Position numbers and translations under genes: made by a program | Notes under the pieces: model-generated | Database searches by the model: none | Told to the model about the DNA's origin: nothing | Seen by the model: the letters and a program-made list of their open reading frames with translations, nothing else | Shown: piece after piece, positions 34,444-43,668 of the stretch | Position numbering within the stretch: the first letter of the stretch is position 1 | Layout: each line of letters opens with the position of its first letter | NCBI GenBank assembly: GCA_905233825.1 | Contig: CAJOFE010000007.1 | Location: 54,314-118,313 of the forward strand | Length of the DNA stretch: 64,000 nt | Direction of reading: 5' to 3' | Source of the DNA: an uncultured Prevotella sp. | GTDB lineage: Bacteria; Bacteroidota; Bacteroidia; Bacteroidales; Bacteroidaceae

Positions 34444-37400
34444 CTATAAAACGAAACATATACATATCATTCCTAACAATGCTCCTGCTGATGGTGGGAG
34501 GCGCAAATCAGGCGTGGGCATACAAGGTGACATACCATATACTGACGATGCCGTTCACGACAGAAGACAAAAACGGAGAACAGGGTTACAAACCCACCAC
34601 CAACCCCAATCGACAGAACATCCGTGTGGAAGCTTTCTACGTTGAAGTCGAAGAGACTTCGCCAACCGTTGGACTTCCCTCGCAATACATCAGTCCACTG
34701 GCCCACAAGTTCAGATATTATGAAGGTACTACTACAAGCGAAAGTGGCAAGGTTTCTACGAGTGCGTCAAGAGTGCAGATTTATGAATACAATAATACCA
34801 CCTACTACACCTATACGATCAATGGCACAACTAATAATGCTAACGTTTCTGGTGCTGACGACTATCCTACTGGCTATCAGGAGGATCCTACACTCTTGGA
34901 CTCATATACAGGTCCCTTGTTGAAACCTGGTAGTGCCATTACAGAGGATTGCCATATCTACGTCACTTACGAATATAATGCTGCGAACACCGTTCTCGAC
35001 CTGACAGGTAACAAAAGCTACAACATCAGGTTAGGTGACCGTTTTCTTGCTTTTAACAAAACACGTGCCAATCGTCCTGCTGCCATTCTTGAAAACAATG
35101 TAACGGAAGAAAACCTCAATAGCAATGACTTCACTTATGTAGCTACTCCTGGATTCAATAGCAACCAGCACCACTGGTTCCATTTCCGTTTCAAGTTTAA
35201 AGGTCCCGAGCCTAATACACACGACCCTTACAACATCACCATCCTCACAGCCTACGAGGGCGATGAAACATTTTTCTCGGACACTAATAAGAATTTGGGT
35301 GAAAAGACGATTGTGCGGAAAACGTACAAAGACAGTCATCTCTTCTGTAAGGGCCATGATAAAGGTAGCAATAACATGTGGTTGTCGAGTGATTACGACA
35401 TGCAGTTCACCCAAACTAACAAAGATGGTCCAGTGACCTGGATATCTCAACCTGGCTATTATCGTGGCGGTGTAAACAATACTAGCGAGATGAGCCCCAT
35501 CTGGAACTCGTTTGCCATCCTGCCTGCTGCTGGTGGTGGTAGTGGCTACGTATTTATGGGCACAAAAATCAACGGCAACGGCAACAACTGGCAGCCAAAA
35601 AATGGTCAGTATTTCTTCCTGACAGGAAACGTCGAAAATGGTAACAACCCGAAATTACAATTAAAGACGCACAGCGGTGCTGAGTCAACCCCTGAAGAGC
35701 CCTACGAAGTGCGCACATACACCTATAAGGTAAAAACGCCACTATCGGACACCCCATTAGAGGCCACCATCGATATGACAGAATTTAAAGGTTCTGCCAC
35801 GTTGCTTACTCACGTTCCCGACAAACTAAAGCGCAAATATGTTACATTTACGGGAGCTTATAAATCAGAGTTATATACAGATGCAAATGCCATCACTACG
35901 TTTGATGATGCCGAAGCCAGTGGACGCGTAATCTGGCTAACGTATGAGTCGTCGGAAATGCCTTTCGAGACGCTTCCTAAAGACGGCAGTTATGAGGATG
36001 CCCGCTGGTACACCATACGTATGAATGGTGGTACGGAGAACAAGAATTTAGCCTATCACAATACAAACAACTTCATTACGGCAAATGGCAGTGGCACGCC
36101 CAAAGGCAGTAATAGTGATTTGCATCAGGGCGAGAACTCGGCTGAAGCAATGGTTGCCTTTATCGGCGACCCCTTCGAACTGAAGATTATCAGTCGTAAA
36201 GCCAGTGAGACAGACAATGCCAACCGCTATATCGGTTGTGCCACAGATGCAGCTAACAATACAACGCTTAATACCAACAAGACTGGTTCTTCCGACATCA
36301 GTAGTTGGGAGATTGTAGCTGATAATGAAGATGGCTCAATGGTACTGCGCCAAATGGGTACATACGATTCGCCTAAGTATATTGGCTGGAACTCTGGCGC
36401 TACCAACAAGCCTGTTGTCTATAGCACAAGTGCCTACACTACTGCCAACCGTATCAAGGTGGTGGCGTTGGACCAGAAAAAGTATCTCTATCATATTGTT
36501 CGGAGCGATGGTTCTATTGCAGTAGAGGCCAGCACCATGCAGGATGTAGGTCAGCCCCTGAACAAATACACCCATATTCCGGAAATCATACGTACGCCGT
36601 TCCTCAATCCGGCTCTTGGCTATTTACCCACCATCTCCTTCTATTATACAAAAACAAATGCTGATGCGTCATCCTCTGCTCAAAACCATGCACCGTATGA
36701 GCAGGAAGCTGGTACTTCTGATGGGGTTTTTGCTAATATCTACGTGCGATATAGTTTTGGCAGAGCCTTACCATCAAAAAACTATAATGTCCGACTGAAC
36801 CGTGAGTACATCTATTATGATTCCTCAAATGAAGATGCTTCGAAAATCAGTTCTCAGACTTCAGACCCCCCATCATCTGAAAGTGATGATCCAAATAAGG
36901 ACAATTACTCATGGTATCTGGACTTGTCTGATCCTTATGCCATGACTATCAAGAATGTGGGATACGACGTAAACGGCAAATATGTGAATGTATCATCATG
37001 GACAGATGGGGCTGTATTAGATTGGAGTGATGACACACCGTCTAAGTTCGTTGTAAAAAGCAGTACATCGCCAGGCGTATATGAAGTGATGGCTGCAACA
37101 GGAGAGGGTGTGAATGCCGCCACTACCTACTATAACATCGGACGCAATACGGCCAACACCGTAAGAATGTACAGCAACAGCACATACCATCATGGTGATG
37201 ACCAATTGCGCTTTGTGCTTACTGAAACAAATGCCACACCAGTTGATTACCACTTGATAGACAAAGAGAATCATGAACTGATGGTGGTAAGGAGCCGACG
37301 AAGCGACTTGACCTTCCCTGCCGACTATCACAGCCCGTTGGTAGAGACGTATCACTACTGGACAGACCGTGCTTGCAGTGTGGCAGTGAGTAACTGGGGA

Positions 37401-40400
37401 GATCAAGAACATGAAAATTTAACTCCTATAGAAGGTGTCAAACATATTTACGTTACTTATGACACCAGCAATCGTATAAATCTGAGAAAGGGCGCTTTGT
37501 ATCTACTCAAATTTAGGAATGGCGACAGCTTCCGTCAGGAGAACGGTGCTGACGGACTGACGACTAATGCCGTGCCAGCCGTTTATCCCTATTGCAACGG
37601 TGACTGCAACTTCTTTATCTATGGCGAAGACGAGTATGAACTGCAACAACATGGTGCTGCCAGTACCCGTACCCGCTGGGCATGGTATTTAGAGAGTACC
37701 AACAACGATCCCTACCACGTGAAGATATGTTCACGACAAGAGGAAACCTACAATACCTATCAGCGCCAAGCCTACTTCTATACCTTTGTTAAAGACTGGG
37801 GAGAGGGCGACAAGGTGGTTACGAGTTTAGCATGGCCAGGCATTACTGGCGTGCAGGGAACAGAGTATATGGTATTGGGGTCTGTAGGACAATACCAGTT
37901 GGTAACTTCTCCCGTTGATAAGAATGGCGATGGCGATTACGATGATGCTGATGAACGAGTGTACCATACGGTAAAGTCGTTCGAGCAATATTGGAAGACC
38001 TACGACACTATCAAAAATAAACTGCTGAAAGACATTCTGGAGGATGATGATAAGGGGACCAATCCTGAGGGTTCCTCGACAGTTCCTACTGATCCTGTAG
38101 CTTACAGAGAATTGCTGACAGACACGTACGGTTTCCATAGCTATCCCTACTATGCTTACGCCAAACGTTTCAACGGCTATAATAGTGAAGGTAAGGCCAG
38201 CAAAGGATGGGAAGAAATAGAACACTGGTATCAGACCGTTAACATGGGCGAGGGATACTTCGACTTCGTGCCAACTGTTATCGCTCCCGTGCTCATCCTG
38301 CTCGACCAGCATGGCTGGGAGATCATGCGTAAGCCTCTGCCCAGCGGGCCAGATGATAAGGAGAAGACTCAAAAGTATAAAGCTATTATGCAATATAACA
38401 GCCCGATGGTGAAGGAATATTCCTTCTGGGCTGGTGCGAAGAAGCGTACTGGCTTCCATCAGTATTACGATTTGAGCAAGCGTGTGGGTGGCGATGATTT
38501 CACGTCAAGTAGTTTGGACAATCTACCACCGTATGGTTCTGCCAACGTGCTCGATGCAAAGGGGAACCTGCAAGACCAGTATGTCACCTACACCGTGAAG
38601 GAAGAGTATGTACAGAGTTACAGCTACGATGCCACTACAGGTATTGGTACTGGCCAGCCGTTCCTCATCCAGCAAGGCGAGAGTTTTGCCTTTACGGGTG
38701 GTTCTGCAATTGCTACCTATACCGTGCCATCATCCGGCGGCATGTCAAAATGGATTGTTGAAAATATCAGTGCCCCGATAGATAACGGCTATCTCTGGTA
38801 TCTGAAGCCAAATGTCAACATTGACACTGAAATGGGTTATGGCGGCTATGCCCATGACTGGGTCAACGACTATGATGACAAAGACAAGGTCAAGACCTCG
38901 GGTTTCAACTCATGGGCTTTTGACCCCTATAACATCCAGATATCGAGTGCTGCAGATCCTTCCAGGTATTTTGTTACTAATGCTACTGGGGCCACTTTGG
39001 AAGAAGGAGATGGAGCCATCTTGGGCACGTATGCGAATGATGACAATCCAGCAATATCATTAGGAGCACAAAGAACAAATGTAAGGGGCACATGGTATGA
39101 CAGTCGTACGCTCTATGTCACTAATGCAACCTTCATGGCAGTGCAGGATGCAGATGGCAACATGCAACTAATGCCACGCTTTGACCAGTCGCGACGTATC
39201 AGGAGTTTTAGTACGTTGGTCACACCGACGGCTGATGCTGGCGACCCCACCAAACTGACGCAAACACATACGAAAATTTATCGTCCGATTGTCTATAACT
39301 ACCACATCATCGACAATGCTGGTAATGAGTCATTGCGCTACAAGAGTGGTGGTGACCTCGTACCACAGACCCCAGATCACTTCAAGAGCCCACTGGCGAA
39401 AGACTTCACCTATTACAAGACGCTGACAGATGGAGTCGTTTCTGACGAAATAACTGAGTCTCTCGCAGGTGTTGGGTTAAACTCTACAGCTGCCGCTGGC
39501 AACGATGTCTATGTGCGCTATGCCTACGATGAACATGCAGATGTCATGGACATTCTGAAAGGCAAGTGGTTTACCATGAAGTTGAACACAAAGGATACCA
39601 AGTACGACGACGGCATCAAACAGGGAACCAGCAAGCCAGCTGTAATCGACGGTGATGATAAGGAGTGGCAGTGGAAGTTTTTAGAGACGCCGCTGAGCGA
39701 CCCTGACCCTTATGCTGTTCAATTGTTCAACCGCGATTATAACGAGACGAGACAAAACGAGCCCTTACTAAATACCCGCTTTGCCTTGCTGTCGCATGCC
39801 AGCGATGGCTATGCCTTGGCAAAAGCAGGAAGGGGCGATTATACCTATCAGTTCCTTAACGGCAGTGGAATGAACGCCTCTACGCCTGCCACTATAGCAG
39901 AAGACAAAGATGGCAGTAACGCTTCTGGTTTTACGAGCACTTCATGCACTTTCCATGGTACAGACTCGCAAATAGAACTGTTCGACGATGTGCTTCACAC
40001 CTATATTTATAAGGTATATACTTACGACAATGTTCCAGCCATAGAGGCCGAGCAGTCACAGGGTGAAGCCTTAGACAATGAACTTATCCCCGTACTGCCT
40101 GATGCCGCAAAGTCACCGCTACTAAACATGGAAGACTTCCGTTATTATTATAATAACGATATGTTTACCAGCGGAGCTATTGTGACTGTGACAGAACCAA
40201 TACATGAACAGTTCCCTGAATTGGCAGTAGGTCAGGTCATTCCCGACACGATAGGCAAGCAACTTAAATATATATATGGCCTGTACGATGACGTGATTCA
40301 CGTACACTACATGCCCTATAATCCCAATAACTCCAGCTATCTTGTACCCAATGTCAAGGGTATAGAAGATGGGCATGTAGCTCGTGGCTCTGGCTCACAC

Positions 40401-43400
40401 GATGCAGCATTAGGACTTGATGGCAACCTGCTTTATAACATCATTTGGTATAATGACAACATGATGTTTAAGGATGGAAATGACGTCAAAGGAAAGCAGG
40501 GACAGGTCTTGACAGCCACACCAACCTCATACGTGTGGACATTAGAAGGCAACGACCCCTACGCCATCAAGATTAAAAACTATGATGGCACTAACGATTA
40601 CATTAACAGTAGTGGTGGAATATCATCTGAAGCCCAGACGTTCATGCTGATTCCTTGGGAAGGCTATGGATATGGCGTATTGGCTAAGACTGGAGATAAA
40701 ACCAAAAAGCTGACGATGGATACTGATGATAGCGTCTCTACAACAGATGAGTCGGTCAGCGTTGCAACAACTAATAGCCCTACGAAGTTTATCTTCTTCG
40801 GATTGGCTACCCATAAGTTGATTTATCACTTGGTGATTGCAAAGACCTATTATGATGATGCCGAGAGTCACGGAGCAGACGAGACAGAAACTATTCCTTA
40901 TTGGAATGGAACTGAAATCACAAACATACCCATCAAGGGTTCTACCCAGCGCGATCTGACATCGGATAATGGCGGTGAGGGGGCACTGCCTGGTGAGAAG
41001 TACCAACTTGGTTCTACTATTAACGGCCAGACCTACTCCTACGATGCCGGAATCATCAGTTTGGGTGACAAGTTAGAAGTTCCTTCGGTATTCTATCGTC
41101 CTAACGTTGTCTATCAATACTTCGTGGAGGGGGTATATGACGATGAAACCTGTACATCACGCACCATAGACATGAATACCAAGTATAAAGGACGTGAAGT
41201 GACGAATTTGGGTGATGACCCTGGCTTGCTAAATAAGACTGTGCGCATTAACATCGTTTACAGTTTCAATGGTAGTCTTGAAACGAATGCTGGTGCAGAC
41301 TTCGTGAGAAGCGTGGATCAAAACAAATGGTACACCTTTGAGGCGAAAAAGGCTGATGGCACACCGCAACTGATGCAATTCACCAATGCGTGGGGCATGG
41401 AGGTAAAGGAAGGACGAGGTACCCACTATACCAACGACTACCTGTGGACTCCCCTCGGCGACCCCTACGGCTTCGTGATGTATCACCGCTATACTTGTGT
41501 GAATAGTGGTACTGATAATACAGGTGAGCCAGATCGAGTGATGACAACAGCTGGTTTTTCGGAAGGGCGAGAGGTTTGGATGGATGATGGCTCCGGGACT
41601 GGTGCTAATAGGGTTTCTAATGCAACAGATGCTAAAACCGCAGCTGCTAATTCTATCTATGAACTGCTTGCTGATGAAGGAACCGAGCCTGGTTACTTCA
41701 AGATTCATCCTGTTGCTAACAATTCGGGCACACAGTATTATTTGAAGATTGTTCATGATAAAGAATCCCCTTCTTCGGAAGTATGGCATGACTATGTGAG
41801 GCTCAGTGCAACGGGGCATACTGAATTTACATATGGACTGACAGAGGAACTGTTGAAACCCTACTACGACCGTGCTGGTTATGTGGGCGGACTGACGGCG
41901 GCAGGCAAGACGGCCTATGAAGCTGCCAATGGTAACCTGATGACCCTACAGAGCGTAGTCTACGACCCTCGCAATATCGTCAAGTATGAGCCTGGCTACT
42001 ACCGTCTACACTCACCAGAGGACATTGAGGTTGACGGAACACCTCTCTTGCCCGTGCGCTATGCCAGCGGCTATACGCACAAGATTGAGCTTGATCCCGA
42101 TGGGAACGGAGACAATGTCGATGCCCTCCCCATGCACTTCTATGAGGTAGAGGGAGCATCGTCGGCCTTCAACTTGTTGAAGAGCAAAGACGGCGTAAGT
42201 AGAGATGTGGGCTATACTCCGTCACATGCAACACAAGGCGACATACCCATCCCGGCCGTGGAATACGACCCCGCGAGCATCTTCTATTTCTATGAGGGTT
42301 CCGCTGATTATCCAATATCACGAATCCAGACACAAGGACTCTATCTCAAAGGAAGCAAGGGGCCAGGTGCCACAGAGGATGTCGATGAGAGAGCAAAAGT
42401 CATCATGATAGATACGGAGAATCCAGCAACTAACGCTACTCCTTTGTATGTGATGGATATCGGTGGCGCTATCCTGTTGATACACGACAATCAAACCGAC
42501 AATAGTCGAGTAAATCTGAAATATCTTAGTTACGACCAGAATGATCCCGACCATATCTACGACCTCAAGTTGACGCATAATACCCATACAGACCACGCGA
42601 AGTGGCTGATGCAGCCTGCTAATCACTTAGGACTGCGTGTCACCACCCACAGTGGCGGCGACGGCGGCACGTATGGTGGTACCACTTACAACTATACCAC
42701 ATTCTATGCACCGTTTGATGCCTTGCTGCCTGACACAGTTATGAAGGATGGACAAATTGAAACAATATACCATGCAGTTGTTCTTGAAACAGCGAACTCG
42801 CCATGGAGTCCACCAAATGACTTGCATCCCAAGTCTATCGGACGTTATAACATTGCAGACAATGGTTTAACCTCACTTAAAGATGGTGAACGTGAACTCT
42901 GTCTCACCAACGACAGGTTCATACCTGCAGGAACGCCAGTACTCATTGCTATGCATGATAATGCCGGATACGTCAAGTTAACACTACCCAACTCATCGCC
43001 ACATCCCATGCATTCAACTTTCACAGCAGACACACGACGGAAACCTGGCGATGAAAATAAGGATACTAAAGGAGAACGTACCAACATCCTCACCGGTCAA
43101 TACCTGGAGCAGAAGTTGTCTCTCAGTTCAACAGAGAGAATTTATGCATTCGGACTGCCATATAGTGGCACTATGACGCTTGACAAATCAACGGGCTATA
43201 TCACAGCAACACTGCCGTTGCAGGACAATTCTGGTATGGGATTCTACCTTAATGCCAACCCTGATAAAGAATTAGGTCTATCACGTGGCGACTGGTTGCG
43301 TAACAACTGGTACGTATATAATAATAAGGCATACTACCATGCCACAGGAGTCAACCCATCTCGTGAAAAACCTGGTATTGACTTTATTCCCGTCATCTTC

Positions 43401-43580
43401 GATGATGAAGATGAAGAACCTGGTATAGAGGAGAATGGTGGAACAGCCGACTATCCAACGGGCATCTACGACCTGCTGGGCCGCAAGGTAGCGACGGAGC
43501 AGCAGGTGAAGGACGGGACGTGGCACGAACGGCTGGCTCCTGGCATCTATATCATGAACGGGAAGAAGTTCAGCTGGTAA
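34437..43580 (+). CDS. Giant (3,047 aa) secreted repeat protein with a T9SS type-A C-terminal sorting domain; candidate pilus-associated adhesin
   Basis: An uninterrupted 9.1-kb ORF overlapping the upstream stop (ATGGTAA). It has a Sec signal ...GGANQAWA|Y, about 8 two-part repeats, and the C-terminus GIYDLLGRKV...LAPGIYIMNGKKFSW. Confidence 0.85.
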   Translation: MVTIKRNIYISFLTMLLLMVGGANQAWAYKVTYHILTMPFTTEDKNGEQGYKPTTNPNRQNIRVEAFYVEVEETSPTVGLPSQYISPLAHKFRYYEGTTTSESGKVSTSASRVQIYEYNNTTYYTYTINGTTNNANVSGADDYPTGYQEDPTLLDSYTGPLLKPGSAITEDCHIYVTYEYNAANTVLDLTGNKSYNIRLGDRFLAFNKTRANRPAAILENNVTEENLNSNDFTYVATPGFNSNQHHWFHFRFKFKGPEPNTHDPYNITILTAYEGDETFFSDTNKNLGEKTIVRKTYKDSHLFCKGHDKGSNNMWLSSDYDMQFTQTNKDGPVTWISQPGYYRGGVNNTSEMSPIWNSFAILPAAGGGSGYVFMGTKINGNGNNWQPKNGQYFFLTGNVENGNNPKLQLKTHSGAESTPEEPYEVRTYTYKVKTPLSDTPLEATIDMTEFKGSATLLTHVPDKLKRKYVTFTGAYKSELYTDANAITTFDDAEASGRVIWLTYESSEMPFETLPKDGSYEDARWYTIRMNGGTENKNLAYHNTNNFITANGSGTPKGSNSDLHQGENSAEAMVAFIGDPFELKIISRKASETDNANRYIGCATDAANNTTLNTNKTGSSDISSWEIVADNEDGSMVLRQMGTYDSPKYIGWNSGATNKPVVYSTSAYTTANRIKVVALDQKKYLYHIVRSDGSIAVEASTMQDVGQPLNKYTHIPEIIRTPFLNPALGYLPTISFYYTKTNADASSSAQNHAPYEQEAGTSDGVFANIYVRYSFGRALPSKNYNVRLNREYIYYDSSNEDASKISSQTSDPPSSESDDPNKDNYSWYLDLSDPYAMTIKNVGYDVNGKYVNVSSWTDGAVLDWSDDTPSKFVVKSSTSPGVYEVMAATGEGVNAATTYYNIGRNTANTVRMYSNSTYHHGDDQLRFVLTETNATPVDYHLIDKENHELMVVRSRRSDLTFPADYHSPLVETYHYWTDRACSVAVSNWGDQEHENLTPIEGVKHIYVTYDTSNRINLRKGALYLLKFRNGDSFRQENGADGLTTNAVPAVYPYCNGDCNFFIYGEDEYELQQHGAASTRTRWAWYLESTNNDPYHVKICSRQEETYNTYQRQAYFYTFVKDWGEGDKVVTSLAWPGITGVQGTEYMVLGSVGQYQLVTSPVDKNGDGDYDDADERVYHTVKSFEQYWKTYDTIKNKLLKDILEDDDKGTNPEGSSTVPTDPVAYRELLTDTYGFHSYPYYAYAKRFNGYNSEGKASKGWEEIEHWYQTVNMGEGYFDFVPTVIAPVLILLDQHGWEIMRKPLPSGPDDKEKTQKYKAIMQYNSPMVKEYSFWAGAKKRTGFHQYYDLSKRVGGDDFTSSSLDNLPPYGSANVLDAKGNLQDQYVTYTVKEEYVQSYSYDATTGIGTGQPFLIQQGESFAFTGGSAIATYTVPSSGGMSKWIVENISAPIDNGYLWYLKPNVNIDTEMGYGGYAHDWVNDYDDKDKVKTSGFNSWAFDPYNIQISSAADPSRYFVTNATGATLEEGDGAILGTYANDDNPAISLGAQRTNVRGTWYDSRTLYVTNATFMAVQDADGNMQLMPRFDQSRRIRSFSTLVTPTADAGDPTKLTQTHTKIYRPIVYNYHIIDNAGNESLRYKSGGDLVPQTPDHFKSPLAKDFTYYKTLTDGVVSDEITESLAGVGLNSTAAAGNDVYVRYAYDEHADVMDILKGKWFTMKLNTKDTKYDDGIKQGTSKPAVIDGDDKEWQWKFLETPLSDPDPYAVQLFNRDYNETRQNEPLLNTRFALLSHASDGYALAKAGRGDYTYQFLNGSGMNASTPATIAEDKDGSNASGFTSTSCTFHGTDSQIELFDDVLHTYIYKVYTYDNVPAIEAEQSQGEALDNELIPVLPDAAKSPLLNMEDFRYYYNNDMFTSGAIVTVTEPIHEQFPELAVGQVIPDTIGKQLKYIYGLYDDVIHVHYMPYNPNNSSYLVPNVKGIEDGHVARGSGSHDAALGLDGNLLYNIIWYNDNMMFKDGNDVKGKQGQVLTATPTSYVWTLEGNDPYAIKIKNYDGTNDYINSSGGISSEAQTFMLIPWEGYGYGVLAKTGDKTKKLTMDTDDSVSTTDESVSVATTNSPTKFIFFGLATHKLIYHLVIAKTYYDDAESHGADETETIPYWNGTEITNIPIKGSTQRDLTSDNGGEGALPGEKYQLGSTINGQTYSYDAGIISLGDKLEVPSVFYRPNVVYQYFVEGVYDDETCTSRTIDMNTKYKGREVTNLGDDPGLLNKTVRINIVYSFNGSLETNAGADFVRSVDQNKWYTFEAKKADGTPQLMQFTNAWGMEVKEGRGTHYTNDYLWTPLGDPYGFVMYHRYTCVNSGTDNTGEPDRVMTTAGFSEGREVWMDDGSGTGANRVSNATDAKTAAANSIYELLADEGTEPGYFKIHPVANNSGTQYYLKIVHDKESPSSEVWHDYVRLSATGHTEFTYGLTEELLKPYYDRAGYVGGLTAAGKTAYEAANGNLMTLQSVVYDPRNIVKYEPGYYRLHSPEDIEVDGTPLLPVRYASGYTHKIELDPDGNGDNVDALPMHFYEVEGASSAFNLLKSKDGVSRDVGYTPSHATQGDIPIPAVEYDPASIFYFYEGSADYPISRIQTQGLYLKGSKGPGATEDVDERAKVIMIDTENPATNATPLYVMDIGGAILLIHDNQTDNSRVNLKYLSYDQNDPDHIYDLKLTHNTHTDHAKWLMQPANHLGLRVTTHSGGDGGTYGGTTYNYTTFYAPFDALLPDTVMKDGQIETIYHAVVLETANSPWSPPNDLHPKSIGRYNIADNGLTSLKDGERELCLTNDRFIPAGTPVLIAMHDNAGYVKLTLPNSSPHPMHSTFTADTRRKPGDENKDTKGERTNILTGQYLEQKLSLSSTERIYAFGLPYSGTMTLDKSTGYITATLPLQDNSGMGFYLNANPDKELGLSRGDWLRNNWYVYNNKAYYHATGVNPSREKPGIDFIPVIFDDEDEEPGIEENGGTADYPTGIYDLLGRKVATEQQVKDGTWHERLAPGIYIMNGKKFSW

Positions 43581-43610
43581 GCCGCTGCCCCTGATATAAC
43601 GTAAGCATAG

Positions 43611-43648
43611 AAGAAGCCCCGATGACCGCTAAATCATCGGGGCTTCTT
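43611..43648. terminator. Bidirectional terminator between the giant gene and acd
   Basis: A 15-bp perfect stem pairs aagaagccccgatga with tcatcggggcttctt. Confidence 0.8.
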
Positions 43649-43668
43649 GATTAATTGCTTCAGCATTA

